Assembly (NCBI GenBank): GCA_049890075.1
Contig: JBMHCE010000016.1
Location: 34,181 to 98,180 of the forward strand
DNA: 64,000 nt
Direction of reading: 5' to 3'
From: Chitinophagales bacterium
GTDB lineage: Bacteria; Bacteroidota; Bacteroidia; Chitinophagales; UBA8649
Below the pieces are notes generated by a model. The model saw only the letters and a program-made list of their open reading frames with translations, was not told the DNA's origin and searched no databases. The number at the start of each line of letters is the position of its first letter. Within the stretch, counting starts at the first letter, position 1. Position numbers and translations under genes: made by a program. Below, piece after piece: positions 1-10,098 of this stretch.

Positions 1-1
1 C

Positions 2-580
2 TTGTCTAAAACCGTGGTTAAACTGCTGGATGCGAGCAGCGGAGCAACATTGTCTTTGCGGCAAACAAGTGAAAATGGCTCCTTCAGCTTTGACGTAAAT
101 ACGGCTAGGGAATATCGACTGGAATTTGCGCGTGCCTCCTATTTTATGCATAAAATCTCCATCTATGTCGATGTCGATAGCCTAACACGAGGAAAACTCT
201 TGGTCAACGCGGATATGAATGCCATTGAGAAAGACCAGGCCTACGCAATCGATGATGTGCTCTTTGCTACCGGAAGAGCCGATTTGAACGCACAATCCAA
301 AATGATTTTGGATGAGTTGATTATAACCATGCAGGAGAATCCGACCCTAATCATAGAAATGGGCTCACATACCGATGACGTAGGTGGTGATGCTATGAAT
401 CTAACTTTATCCCAAAAAAGAGCGGATGCCTGTGTAGACTATATGATTGCCGGTGGAATTCGTGCAGATCGCCTTATTGCTCGAGGGTATGGCGAAGCCG
501 TTCCAGTCGCTGATAATACCTCCGAAAAAGGCCGTTCTAAAAACCGAAGAACAGAGTTTAAAGTGGTTGGAGGATTATAA
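2..580 (+). CDS. OmpA-family peptidoglycan-associated protein, 5'-truncated by the window edge
   Basis: C-terminal OmpA-like block (LSQKRADACVDYM...GYGEAVPVADNTSEKGRSKNRRTEFKV) follows a CarboxypepD_reg-like beta-sandwich segment. The frame is open to position 2. Confidence 0.8.
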   Translation: MSKTVVKLLDASSGATLSLRQTSENGSFSFDVNTAREYRLEFARASYFMHKISIYVDVDSLTRGKLLVNADMNAIEKDQAYAIDDVLFATGRADLNAQSKMILDELIITMQENPTLIIEMGSHTDDVGGDAMNLTLSQKRADACVDYMIAGGIRADRLIARGYGEAVPVADNTSEKGRSKNRRTEFKVVGGL

Positions 581-607
581 CAGATCATCTTGATTTTCGA
601 TTAACTG

Positions 608-955
608 ATGCAGAAACTATTTCATCTTTTTAGGACTACGTTTATTTTCTTACCCTTGATTTATATTGGGTTTTCCTTCCTCGGGGAGGATAACCATTCT
701 TTACCCCTAGAAATTCTATACGGCTTACCCTTTATCATTTTTGGAGTCTATTTTATCAAAGAAAAAAAGTCCTCCATCATCTTACTCGCCTCTCTTTATC
801 TCATTCATATTGCCTACGATTGCTTCAGCGAAGAGTTAACAAACAACATTGGAGTGTTTTACCCTTACAGACAATTGTGCTCTGTATATGATTTCTTGGT
901 AGGATGTTTTTTGTTTTACTATGCTTTTCATCTTAAGAACAATTCTACCGCCTAG
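608..955 (+). CDS. hypothetical small integral membrane protein
   Basis: ATG start and 115 aa with 3-4 hydrophobic helices. No recognisable motif. Confidence 0.45.
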   Translation: MQKLFHLFRTTFIFLPLIYIGFSFLGEDNHSLPLEILYGLPFIIFGVYFIKEKKSSIILLASLYLIHIAYDCFSEELTNNIGVFYPYRQLCSVYDFLVGCFLFYYAFHLKNNSTA

Positions 956-1071
956 GTACACTGTTTAGTGTATCTCTTATTTATTATCTGCTGCACTGAA
1001 CAACCAGGTAAGCGCATCGAGCAACTCTTGAGAACATTAATCCGATTGAGGAGGTTCATAGTATGAAATAG

Positions 1072-1079
1072 TACATTTG
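1072..1079 (+). promoter_or_regulatory. Bacteroidota sigma-A type -7 box (TAnnTTTG)
   Basis: TACATTTG ends 17 nt upstream of the ATG at 1096, in a 140-nt intergenic gap. Confidence 0.45.
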
Positions 1080-1095
1080 CCTCAAATTCAACGGA

Positions 1096-3573
1096 ATGAA
1101 ACATCTTTTACTCCTAATCCAGATAATTTCATTAAGCGTGCTAACCGCACAGCCACCATCAGGAATGTATGGCGGCGGTGGAGATCGACCTGCATGGGTT
1201 GTTATAGGAGAGATTGGAGATGAGACCAATGAAGCACTACCCTATGTCAACGTCGAGTTAATCAAGCTAAGCGACAGTTCCGTTTTAGCTAGCACCACAA
1301 CCGATGCCGAGGGTAAGTTTTTTCTACCTGCAGAAGAGGTTGCTCCATCTTTTGTAAAGGCAACCTACTTAAGCTTTTCACCCCTCGTTATTGAGGACTT
1401 AAATGTCAATAGTCCATTTGTCAATCTTGGACGGCTTACCATGAAGGCAAACAACGACCTACTCGATGAGGTCGTCGTCGAAGGAGAACGCTCAACCTTT
1501 GAGTTGCGGGCCGACATGCGGGTCTTTAACGTTGGCAACGATCTTGCCAACACAGGAATGGATGCCTTACAAGTCCTAGAAAACGTTCCTTCTCTTACGG
1601 TAGACCAAGATGGCAATGTAGAGCTTCGAGGAAGTGCTAATGTGCGCATTCTAATCGACGGAAAACCTTCTAGTTTGCTTGCAAGCGGAACTGATGGACT
1701 TCGGCAGATTCCGGCAAATCTTTTAGAAAAAGTCGAGATAATTACCAATCCATCTGCCCGGTACGATGCGGAAGGTGAAGCAGGAATTATCAATATCGTG
1801 CTCAAGGAAGAAAAGGATCTTGGACTCAATGGCTCAGTAAAACTGCAAACAGGCTATCCAAACAACCATGGTTTTACAGGCGTATTGAATTGGAATCCAG
1901 GCAAGTTTAACTTCTTTTCCAGCTATGGCTTCATGTATAGAAAGATGCCAGGAGAAAGAGAGTTCCGACAGACCTACACGGCCAGTGATGCACTGGATAC
2001 CAGCTATAGTTACCTCACCCAAGGAGAACACTTTCGGGGAGGTCTAAGGCATACGGCGCGTCTTGGTGTCGAGTTTAAGCCAACGGATAAGACAACCTTT
2101 GAAATCAGCGGAGTACTAGGACTGCGAGATAATAGCAATGGGAATACGCTTGTCTACACTGACTTTAATGATGCGAATGCGATCAATACAATCGCACAAA
2201 GCACTCGAACAGAAGATGAAAATGAAGAAGCACTTAACTGGGATCTTAATGCAAGTTTTGACCAACAGTTTGGCAACAACAAGGACCATACACTGAGTAT
2301 TGAGGGTCGTTACTCCGATTCTAAAGATGAAGAAGCAGGAGTGTTTACCCAATTGTATGACACCTCCATATCCACTTCATTTGCTAATCTATATCAGATC
2401 AATACCAATACGGAAAATCAGGTGGACTGGTTAGCGCAGGCCGATTATACCCTACCCACGGGATCTACTGGGAAGATTGAACTCGGAGGAAAAGCAACCG
2501 TACGCATATTAGAAAACAGTTATGACGTTCAGGAAAGTCCATCAGCCAATGGAAGCTATACCTCAATTCCTGGCTTGAAAAACACCTTTGGTTATGACGA
2601 AGGAGTATATGCTGCCTACATCCAAACCAATCAGACCTATGGCAAGTTTAGTTTCAATGCTGGACTTCGAGGTGAGGAAACCGTAATCAAAGCCAACCTT
2701 CTAAATACAGATACCTTTAGTTCGACAACTAATTTTGATCGACGATATTTTCAGCTTTTCCCAAGTGCCAGCCTTTCCTATGCATTGTCGGACAAGCACA
2801 ATATTCAGTTGAGTTATAGCCGCCGTCTCCGTCGACCATGGTTCCGCTACCTCCTACCCTTCTCATCCTATGCTGATGCAAGAAATTTTTGGAGAGGAAA
2901 TCCTGACCTGAACCCAGCGTACACAAATTCAACAGAGTTGACTTACCTCTATCGGACGATGAAGACGACCCTTATGGTAAGTACCTACTACCGATACCGA
3001 ACGGGTGTTATTCAGCGTATTCTTGTCGGAGGGGATGATGGAATAACTGAAAGTATACCGGTAAATCTCGCTACAGAAAACGATTGGGGGCTTGAATCCA
3101 ATGTGAACCTCAATTTCTCAAGAGCTTTTCGCGTCAACATGGGGGGAACTTTCTTTTACTCCAACCGCCAAGGAAGCTATGAAAATCAGGATTTGTCTGC
3201 TGAGACCTTTGGATTCAGAGGACGCGTTTCGCTTAACCTTACGCTTTGGAAGAAACTTAAAATACAATCCGGTGTAAACTACAGCTCGCCTATGCAAACT
3301 CCACAAGGACGCAGTCTAGCGTTCTCAATGTGGCAAGCAGGGGCCTCAATCGATCTCTTTAAGAAAAATGCCACGTTGGCGCTTAATGTCAATGACATAT
3401 TAAATACTGGACGCTGGCGTTGGCAAGTTGAAACGCCTACCCTCGCAACCAATGGTATGTTCCAATGGCAGCAACGCAATGCAACGATGACCTTTACCTA
3501 CCGCTTTAACCAACAAGGAGAGCGGTATTCAGGACGCCCTGGAGGAGGCATGGATATGGACATGGAATTCTAG
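1096..3573 (+). CDS. TonB-dependent receptor-like outer-membrane beta-barrel protein (CarboxypepD_reg + plug + barrel)
   Basis: Signal peptide, then an N-terminal carboxypeptidase-regulatory-like domain. Plug-like segment (ALQVLENVPSLTVDQDGNVELRGS...ILIDGKP). Long beta-barrel region ending in an aromatic residue (..DMEF). Confidence 0.85.
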   Translation: MKHLLLLIQIISLSVLTAQPPSGMYGGGGDRPAWVVIGEIGDETNEALPYVNVELIKLSDSSVLASTTTDAEGKFFLPAEEVAPSFVKATYLSFSPLVIEDLNVNSPFVNLGRLTMKANNDLLDEVVVEGERSTFELRADMRVFNVGNDLANTGMDALQVLENVPSLTVDQDGNVELRGSANVRILIDGKPSSLLASGTDGLRQIPANLLEKVEIITNPSARYDAEGEAGIINIVLKEEKDLGLNGSVKLQTGYPNNHGFTGVLNWNPGKFNFFSSYGFMYRKMPGEREFRQTYTASDALDTSYSYLTQGEHFRGGLRHTARLGVEFKPTDKTTFEISGVLGLRDNSNGNTLVYTDFNDANAINTIAQSTRTEDENEEALNWDLNASFDQQFGNNKDHTLSIEGRYSDSKDEEAGVFTQLYDTSISTSFANLYQINTNTENQVDWLAQADYTLPTGSTGKIELGGKATVRILENSYDVQESPSANGSYTSIPGLKNTFGYDEGVYAAYIQTNQTYGKFSFNAGLRGEETVIKANLLNTDTFSSTTNFDRRYFQLFPSASLSYALSDKHNIQLSYSRRLRRPWFRYLLPFSSYADARNFWRGNPDLNPAYTNSTELTYLYRTMKTTLMVSTYYRYRTGVIQRILVGGDDGITESIPVNLATENDWGLESNVNLNFSRAFRVNMGGTFFYSNRQGSYENQDLSAETFGFRGRVSLNLTLWKKLKIQSGVNYSSPMQTPQGRSLAFSMWQAGASIDLFKKNATLALNVNDILNTGRWRWQVETPTLATNGMFQWQQRNATMTFTYRFNQQGERYSGRPGGGMDMDMEF

Positions 3574-3586
3574 ACTACGCGAGAAA

Positions 3587-4216
3587 TCACAAAGCAACTA
3601 ACCCTGCCTCAGTAATTTGCAACGATGTACTGATGGTGGCAACCTCTCTGTCTTCATTACTTGCTATGAGTAGTAATCGATCGTGAAAGAGAGCCTCTTG
3701 GCCAAACAAGACGGACTCTATCCATTGTTTACCCGCTTCATCAAGATTGGACATCGGCTCATCTAAGGCCACAAGCTTTGAGCTACTGTAACAGGCCTGT
3801 GCCAACTTGACCCGTTGAAGCATGCCCGTGCTAAACTTAGACAGGCGGACATCCGTGGGAAGAGATAATTTGTCGAGTATTTCATCTAATGGAATAAGAA
3901 ATGGTTTGAAGGTTTGATGCATATGCATAAACTCCGTAAGCGTTAAGTGCATCGGAAGTTGCATAGAAGGGCTGGCGTAGGTTACATAGCGGCCGACATC
4001 CATTCGATCAATGTCCTTGCCATTTATCGACCATTCGACAGTTCCTAATGTTGGTTCTAAATAGCCTATGAGCAATTGAAGCAAGGTGGACTTACCGGAT
4101 CCGTTACGTCCCTTGATAGCCCATATTGGAGATCCTTCTAAGCAAAAACTGGCCTTTTTATACAGCCAGCGTTGTTGACGTTGAATGTCAATATCCTGCG
4201 CCTTGACTTGAATCAT
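3587..4216 (-). CDS. ABC transporter ATP-binding protein (short, no adjacent permease)
   Basis: Walker A GRNGSGKST, signature-like FSTGMLQR, Walker B LVALDEP. ATGA overlap with the lpxA stop. Confidence 0.8.
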   Translation of the reverse strand: MIQVKAQDIDIQRQQRWLYKKASFCLEGSPIWAIKGRNGSGKSTLLQLLIGYLEPTLGTVEWSINGKDIDRMDVGRYVTYASPSMQLPMHLTLTEFMHMHQTFKPFLIPLDEILDKLSLPTDVRLSKFSTGMLQRVKLAQACYSSSKLVALDEPMSNLDEAGKQWIESVLFGQEALFHDRLLLIASNEDREVATISTSLQITEAGLVAL

Positions 4217-5007
4217 CGATTGCGTTCTACAGGACTAAATCCTTTTACTACACCTCTGACTGAATCACGAACAAAGGTCGTTATCGCATCTTTAGCTTCA
4301 CTATCAGGTATCTCTGCTTCGATTATTTTTAGCGCGTTGGTTGTATTGTAGCCCCGGACAAAAAGTATACGATAGATATCGAGTACGTGGTTAATCGAAT
4401 CCGATGACCAGCCACTGCGACGCAGCCCCACGGAATTTACTCCGATGTAACTCAATGGAGTTCGTCCGCAACGGATATATGGGGGAATATCTTTGTTTAC
4501 GAGGCTACCACCGGATATAAAACAGTGGTCACCAACCTGAGTAAACTGTTGAATATTCACAGCTCCACCTAAACGCACGAACTGGCCTAACTCTACGTGT
4601 CCTGCCAAATTCACACTATTAGCAAGTATACTGTTATCTCCAACTTGGCAATCATGCGCAACATGGACATAGGCCATAAGCAGGCAGTTGTTACCCACGA
4701 CCGTCTTATTGGCGTACTCGGTTCCTCGGTTAATGGTAACGCATTCCCGAATGATACAGTTATCTCCTATCTCCACTCGAGTCTTTTCCCCTTTGAATTT
4801 TAAATCCTGCGGCACAGCCGATATCACTGCACCAGGAAAAATCTTACAGTTTTTACCAATATGTGCACCCTCCATAATCGTGACATGAGGACCGATCCAG
4901 GTCCCCTCTTCTATCACCACATTCTTATCAATGGTGACAAAAGGTTCAACGACGACATTATCAGCAACCTGTGCTTCTGGATGTATGTATGCTAACGGTT
5001 GTCGCAT
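4213..5007 (-). CDS. lpxA: acyl-ACP--UDP-N-acetylglucosamine O-acyltransferase
   Basis: Hexapeptide-repeat left-handed beta-helix followed by an LpxA C-terminal helical domain. Sits in the lipid A operon. Confidence 0.92.
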   Translation of the reverse strand: MRQPLAYIHPEAQVADNVVVEPFVTIDKNVVIEEGTWIGPHVTIMEGAHIGKNCKIFPGAVISAVPQDLKFKGEKTRVEIGDNCIIRECVTINRGTEYANKTVVGNNCLLMAYVHVAHDCQVGDNSILANSVNLAGHVELGQFVRLGGAVNIQQFTQVGDHCFISGGSLVNKDIPPYIRCGRTPLSYIGVNSVGLRRSGWSSDSINHVLDIYRILFVRGYNTTNALKIIEAEIPDSEAKDAITTFVRDSVRGVVKGFSPVERNR

Positions 5008-6398
5008 TATTCACGCTTTTGAATTTTAGCCATAAGCTCTGCTTCCACGACAAGCTTTGATCCAACAAATCCTAAACCACGCATCTCTACAAGACCTCTT
5101 CGAATGGGTGACATCAGGATACACTGAATGATAAGCGTATCGCCAGGAACAACCATTGCCTTAAAGCGCGCCTTCTGAATCTTTAGAAAATAGGTATCAT
5201 AATCCCCATCGTCCTCAACTTGAGATAAAGCAAAGATTCCACCAACTTGCGCCATAGCTTCTATTTGCAACACACCAGGCATTACGGGATTATTAGGGAA
5301 ATGCCCTCTAAAGTAATACTCATTAAAGGTTACGCTCTTAACCCCGACAACTTCCTTCTTGTCTAGATGGACAATCTTATCCACCAATAAAAAAGGATAG
5401 CGGTGAGGAAGTAGTTTCTGAATGGCGACTAAATCGTAGAGCGGTGGACTATCTTGATCGTAAGTTGGAGCTTGTGGAGCTGCTTTCCATGCCTTGATTT
5501 TGGCTTTAATCGATTTTGCAAAAGCCACGTTCGTGCTGTGACCTGGTCGACTGGCAATAAAGTTTCCTTTGATTGGCATGCCTGCCAAGGCCAAGTCTCC
5601 CACAAAATCGAGAAGTTTATGCCTTGCGCACTCATTGGGGTAACGGAGCTCGACATTATTGAGAATCCCTTGCTCAACCTCCACATCAGGCTTATTGAAC
5701 AATGTGCGCAATCGATTCAGTTCATCTTCGTCCAACTGATGGTCAACCACCACAATGGCATTGTTAAGATCACCTCCTTTTATAAGTCCGCGATCCAACA
5801 AGGATTCTAACTCATGAAGAAAACAAAAAGTACGTGCCTCTGAAAAAGACTCATTAAACTCAGATACATCTTCTAAAGAAGCATGTTGCTGTCCTAAAAT
5901 ATTGCTTTGATAATCGATTAAGACAGTCGACTTAAAGGTGGAATCCGGTAGCACCAAAATCTCGGCATCCTTTTCCTCGTCGTAGAATCGAATGGTTTCC
6001 CTCACTTCATAGTATTCCCTTTCTTCGCGTTGTTCTTCGATACCTGCTTCAAGAATGGCGTCAACAAATGGCTTTGAACTACCATCAAGGATTGGAATCT
6101 CCTCACCATTAATTTCTATTACAGCATTATCTACTTGACAACCAAACAAAGCCGCTAAGACATGCTCTACAGTTGCCACCTTTACCCCTTGTCGCTCTAG
6201 CGTCGTACCTCGCTCCACTGTTGATACATAATCGACATCTGCCTTGATGCGGATATCGCCTTCTAAATCAACTCGATGAAAGACAATTCCTGTGTTGGCT
6301 TCACTTGGACAGATTCTAACCTTGACAGATTGTCCAGTATGTAAGCCTACGCCTTCTAGCTCAGCAGGTTGTTTGAGTGTATGTTGAAACTCATTCAT
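5007..6398 (-). CDS. lpxC/fabZ: bifunctional UDP-3-O-acyl-GlcNAc deacetylase / 3-hydroxyacyl-ACP dehydratase
   Basis: N-terminal LpxC (TLKQPAELEGVGLHTGQ...) fused to FabZ (LLPHRYPFLLVDKI...). This fusion is typical of Bacteroidota. Confidence 0.95.
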   Translation of the reverse strand: MNEFQHTLKQPAELEGVGLHTGQSVKVRICPSEANTGIVFHRVDLEGDIRIKADVDYVSTVERGTTLERQGVKVATVEHVLAALFGCQVDNAVIEINGEEIPILDGSSKPFVDAILEAGIEEQREEREYYEVRETIRFYDEEKDAEILVLPDSTFKSTVLIDYQSNILGQQHASLEDVSEFNESFSEARTFCFLHELESLLDRGLIKGGDLNNAIVVVDHQLDEDELNRLRTLFNKPDVEVEQGILNNVELRYPNECARHKLLDFVGDLALAGMPIKGNFIASRPGHSTNVAFAKSIKAKIKAWKAAPQAPTYDQDSPPLYDLVAIQKLLPHRYPFLLVDKIVHLDKKEVVGVKSVTFNEYYFRGHFPNNPVMPGVLQIEAMAQVGGIFALSQVEDDGDYDTYFLKIQKARFKAMVVPGDTLIIQCILMSPIRRGLVEMRGLGFVGSKLVVEAELMAKIQKRE

Positions 6399-6406
6399 AT
6401 TATATC

Positions 6407-7402
6407 TTATTTGTTCTGTGATTGAGTAAGTTTTCGCAAGGTAGCCATCATTTTATAATGTTCCCTAAACGGCCTTGCAGGAGATCCCGTAAGTCGTTGA
6501 CCTTTAACATCAATGGACTTGGAAACGCCACTTTGCGCATTGATTTGTACACCATCGGCAATCGTGATATGTCCCACAATTCCAACCTGACCTCCAATCA
6601 GTACAGATTTGCCGATACGAGTACTTCCCGAGATACCAACTTGGGCGGCAATAGCTGAATGATTATCGATTTCTACATTGTGCGCGATATGTACAAGATT
6701 ATCGACCTTAACCCCATCTTTTAAGATTGAATCACCAATACTTCCTCGGTCGATTGTAGTATTCGCCCCAACTTCTACATCGTTTCCTATCAACACATTG
6801 CCGATATGGGGCATTTTTTGAAAAGAACCGTCTTGTTGGGGTACAAAGCCAAATCCATCACTCCCTATAACACAACCGGCATGCAGGATACAACGGTCAC
6901 CAATTCGAGTGTTTCTGTAAATTTTTACGCCACTGTGAAGAACGGTTCCAGCACCTACAACACTACCTTCTCCAATGAAGCAATGCGGAAATACTTGGAC
7001 ATCAGGACCGACAACAACACCGGCATCAACATAGGCAAAGGCCGCGATGTATGCTGTAGGGTCTACTTGAGCATTTTCATGAACAAAGGATGAGGGCTCA
7101 ACACCTCGACGAAGCTGCAGTCCATCAGATAAATTGCTTAGAATGGACTGAAGCGCTTGATAGGAATCGTCCACTTTAATGAAGGTTACATCCTTTCGAT
7201 CAGGAAGGGTCAAGTCCTTTTGAACAAGCACTACAGAGGCCTTTGTGCTCCCGAGATACTTCTCGTATTTTGGATTGGCTACAAAGCTTAATGCACCCTC
7301 AGCACCCTCTTGAATTCTAGAGAACTCTCGGACTTCGCGACGGTCATCCCCAACGATTTCACCCCCTACCATCGTAGCAATATCTGCTGCCGTATTTACC
7401 AT
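6407..7402 (-). CDS. lpxD: UDP-3-O-(3-hydroxyacyl)glucosamine N-acyltransferase
   Basis: LpxD N-terminal domain followed by hexapeptide repeats. Operon position upstream of lpxC/fabZ. Confidence 0.92.
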   Translation of the reverse strand: MVNTAADIATMVGGEIVGDDRREVREFSRIQEGAEGALSFVANPKYEKYLGSTKASVVLVQKDLTLPDRKDVTFIKVDDSYQALQSILSNLSDGLQLRRGVEPSSFVHENAQVDPTAYIAAFAYVDAGVVVGPDVQVFPHCFIGEGSVVGAGTVLHSGVKIYRNTRIGDRCILHAGCVIGSDGFGFVPQQDGSFQKMPHIGNVLIGNDVEVGANTTIDRGSIGDSILKDGVKVDNLVHIAHNVEIDNHSAIAAQVGISGSTRIGKSVLIGGQVGIVGHITIADGVQINAQSGVSKSIDVKGQRLTGSPARPFREHYKMMATLRKLTQSQNK

Positions 7403-7419
7403 ACAGGAAAAATAGGGAA

Positions 7420-8640
7420 TTATCCCAATTTAGGCGTACATAAATAGTACTTAGTCGTATTCTTTAGCCAGGACTTCTCATCCCACTGCTCACTGGCTTC
7501 CGATATCTCCCGAACCTTGCCATTTTTATACAGAATTTTGATTCGAGTTTGGTTTTTGTCATACAAAGAATGACTCATTGCAAACGTGTAGACGGCATGT
7601 TTGACAGCATCTGTGTGCGTGTTTAACGCCTCGGCGACCTCTTGACGTTTGAGGTCCAAGTCAAAACCAACTGCCTCATCAAAAACTTCAATCTTAAACA
7701 ACTGACGATCAATCAAACATCGGCAGAGGTAAGACAGCACGGCATCATCGTGATTCATCCATTCTTTTACTGCGGAAAAGATATCGTAGTCATCAAGTTT
7801 GGCAAAAGTATCTAGCACAGCGTCGTCGCGAAGAAAGCGATCAACATCGACACGGTTATCAAGAAAAAACTGCAACACAGGACCCGCTGTGAGATTGCCT
7901 GTCTCTTTATGAAGCTCCAAAGCGCGTTCCATGATTTTCACTAGCATACTTTCTGCACAGACTACCGTCTTGTGGAGATAAACTTGCCAATACATAAACC
8001 GTCTACTTTGAAGAAACTTCTCGATCGAATGAATCCCTTTCGCCTCTACAACAATATGATCATCTAAAACATCGATCATATCTATGATTCGTGCATGATT
8101 TACATTGCCCTCATTGACCCCCGTAAAAAAGCTATCTCGCGAGAGATAATCCAAACGATCCATGTCCAACTGAGAACTTACTAAATCATGAAAGAACCTT
8201 CTTGGATAGCGGTCATGAAAGATATCTAAGGCTAAATCCAGTTCGCCGTTAAATTGAGCATTAAGGCGCTCCATAAACAATATGGTAATCCGCTCATGAT
8301 TTACGTCAGGAATCAAACACTTTTCCAACGTATGGGAAAAAGGACCGTGACCCATATCATGAAGTAGAATGGCAATAAGTGCCGCCTCCTCCTCTTGCTT
8401 GGAAATCTCATGCCCTTTGCGGCGTAAAGTCCATAGAGCCTGCCGCATGATATGATAAGCACCAATAGCGTGGTGGAAACGAGTATGTATTGCACCAGGA
8501 TAAACATAATCCGTAAGTCCAAGCTGCTTGATCCTTCGAAGCCTTTGAAACCAGGGATGCTCAATCAACTTGAAAATCAAGGCACTCTCAATACTAATAA
8601 AGCCGTGAATAGGGTCGTTAAATACCTTGAATCGATTCAA
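7420..8640 (-). CDS. HD-domain metal-dependent phosphohydrolase
   Basis: HD motif region (RFHHAIGAY...LLHDMGHGPFSH). The start codon is TTG at 8640. First gene of the lipid A operon, an arrangement common in Bacteroidota. Confidence 0.85.
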   Translation of the reverse strand: MNRFKVFNDPIHGFISIESALIFKLIEHPWFQRLRRIKQLGLTDYVYPGAIHTRFHHAIGAYHIMRQALWTLRRKGHEISKQEEEAALIAILLHDMGHGPFSHTLEKCLIPDVNHERITILFMERLNAQFNGELDLALDIFHDRYPRRFFHDLVSSQLDMDRLDYLSRDSFFTGVNEGNVNHARIIDMIDVLDDHIVVEAKGIHSIEKFLQSRRFMYWQVYLHKTVVCAESMLVKIMERALELHKETGNLTAGPVLQFFLDNRVDVDRFLRDDAVLDTFAKLDDYDIFSAVKEWMNHDDAVLSYLCRCLIDRQLFKIEVFDEAVGFDLDLKRQEVAEALNTHTDAVKHAVYTFAMSHSLYDKNQTRIKILYKNGKVREISEASEQWDEKSWLKNTTKYYLCTPKLG

Positions 8641-8703
8641 ATCATTCCGTTTTCTGTCAATAAAGGTATCGCGTTTTCCATGTATATTTAAACAAAAGCG
8701 GTT

Positions 8704-10098
8704 ATGCGAAGATTTTGTGCTCTTTTAATAATGATTGGTGTGTCTCTTTTTTCAATGGGACAACAGGTAACAAAGTGCTATGATGATCATGTGCTAAACA
8801 ACTATTTTGAAGAGACGTATCCCGGTTTTCAAGATGCTCGAGAGGCACTATTTTTCAAAGCCCTGGATTATGCCGCCCACCTTTCGGTAGACCCGCATGC
8901 AAAACAGCAAAGTCCCGATACAATCTATCGCTTCCCAGTGGTCGTCCATGTTGTGTACAATGAGGCAGCTGAAAACATAGACGAACAGTTGATTCAGGAT
9001 CAAATCGATGTGCTTACGAGAGATTTTCGAAGACAAAATGCGGACACATCTGATTTACGGAGTATTTTTCTACCAGTAGCAGCCGATGCAGGAATTGAGT
9101 TTTTCTTAGCGGATATCGATCCTGAAGGCAATCCCACAAATGGGATAACAAGAACCAACACCTCGACTGCAAGTTTCGGTAGCATTACTTCGCTAGACTT
9201 AGTCAAGGACAGTATCACAGGAGGCAAAAATGCGTGGCCCACCGATGAATACTTAAACATCTGGGTATGCGATTTATCCATTCCCCTACTCGGAGATGCA
9301 GCACTTGGTTTTGCCTACCCACCCATTGAAGCCCCAAATTGGCCTTCTGATTTACAAAACACACAGGAGCAATACGAAGGAATCGTAATCCACTATAAAG
9401 TTTTTGGACCAAACAACCCTTTAGCAACAGGGCCGCTTTCCATCGCTGATCAAGGACGCACGCCGGTTCATGAGATGGGTCATTATCTCGGCTTGCGGCA
9501 TATTTGGGGTGATGCGGGGAATCCCCTCTTTGGAGGTGTTGACTGCGACCCAAGTCTCGATGACGGATTTGATGACACCCCAAATGCTGGCAACAACTCA
9601 CAGGCAACAGGATGCGATAAGACTAAAAATTCCTGTGGCGCCGGAGACCCAAATGATTTGCCGGATATGATTGAAAATTACATGGACTACTCTACCGAGA
9701 CATGCCAAGTCACCTTCACGGCTCAGCAGGTTGGACTGATGCGCGCAATGGTCGTCTTGGGAAGAACAGGTATGGCCGATGTCTATGTAGATGACGTGAG
9801 AGTCGTTGATGGTAAGTTTCGAGAAAATGGACCAAGTACAAATCTTGAAGAAATTTTAGCGGGTAACTCTACAATCTACCCTAATCCGAGCGTTGAAGAA
9901 ATCACCATATCATGGCCTTCAAACCTCCATGGAATAGACATCACCCTTTACTCCATCTCAGGGACTCGCGTGGCATCAAGTATTCCTGAATCAAATAGGG
10001 CGACGATGGATATTTCTTCGCTTATGCCAGGACATTATATTGTTAGCATTCAATTTGCGAATGGTCTTAATGAGCATATCCCTCTGATCAAGCAATAA
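8704..10098 (+). CDS. M43 (cytophagalysin/pappalysin-like) zinc metalloprotease with T9SS type-A C-terminal sorting domain
   Basis: Signal peptide. Zinc site HEMGHYLGLRHIWGD. The last ~76 aa (9868-10095; STIYPNPS...GHYIVSIQF...IKQ) fit the T9SS CTD pattern. Confidence 0.88.
   Translation: MRRFCALLIMIGVSLFSMGQQVTKCYDDHVLNNYFEETYPGFQDAREALFFKALDYAAHLSVDPHAKQQSPDTIYRFPVVVHVVYNEAAENIDEQLIQDQIDVLTRDFRRQNADTSDLRSIFLPVAADAGIEFFLADIDPEGNPTNGITRTNTSTASFGSITSLDLVKDSITGGKNAWPTDEYLNIWVCDLSIPLLGDAALGFAYPPIEAPNWPSDLQNTQEQYEGIVIHYKVFGPNNPLATGPLSIADQGRTPVHEMGHYLGLRHIWGDAGNPLFGGVDCDPSLDDGFDDTPNAGNNSQATGCDKTKNSCGAGDPNDLPDMIENYMDYSTETCQVTFTAQQVGLMRAMVVLGRTGMADVYVDDVRVVDGKFRENGPSTNLEEILAGNSTIYPNPSVEEITISWPSNLHGIDITLYSISGTRVASSIPESNRATMDISSLMPGHYIVSIQFANGLNEHIPLIKQ

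Noticed and set aside
956-1095. A possible riboswitch, for example cobalamin, upstream of the TonB-dependent receptor.
   Set aside because: The gap is only 140 nt. It contains no B12-box-like GCCACTG or other conserved riboswitch core that I can recognise. It is adequately explained by a weak hairpin after the upstream gene plus a TAnnTTTG promoter box.
1365-3479. Multiple 60-154-aa minus-strand ORFs inside the TonB-dependent receptor gene. Similar antisense or alternative-frame ORFs sit inside lpxC/fabZ, lpxD, the histidine kinase, the adhesins, the BNR proteins and others.
   Set aside because: They are fully nested within long ORFs that carry clear family motifs. They lack recognisable domains and have compositions typical of shadow frames.
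7420-8640. The HD-domain phosphohydrolase could be a dGTPase/SAMHD1-like antiphage nucleotide-depletion enzyme.
   Set aside because: It is the first gene of the conserved lipid A operon (HD-lpxD-lpxC/fabZ-lpxA), a housekeeping arrangement widespread in Bacteroidota. Nothing accessory surrounds it.
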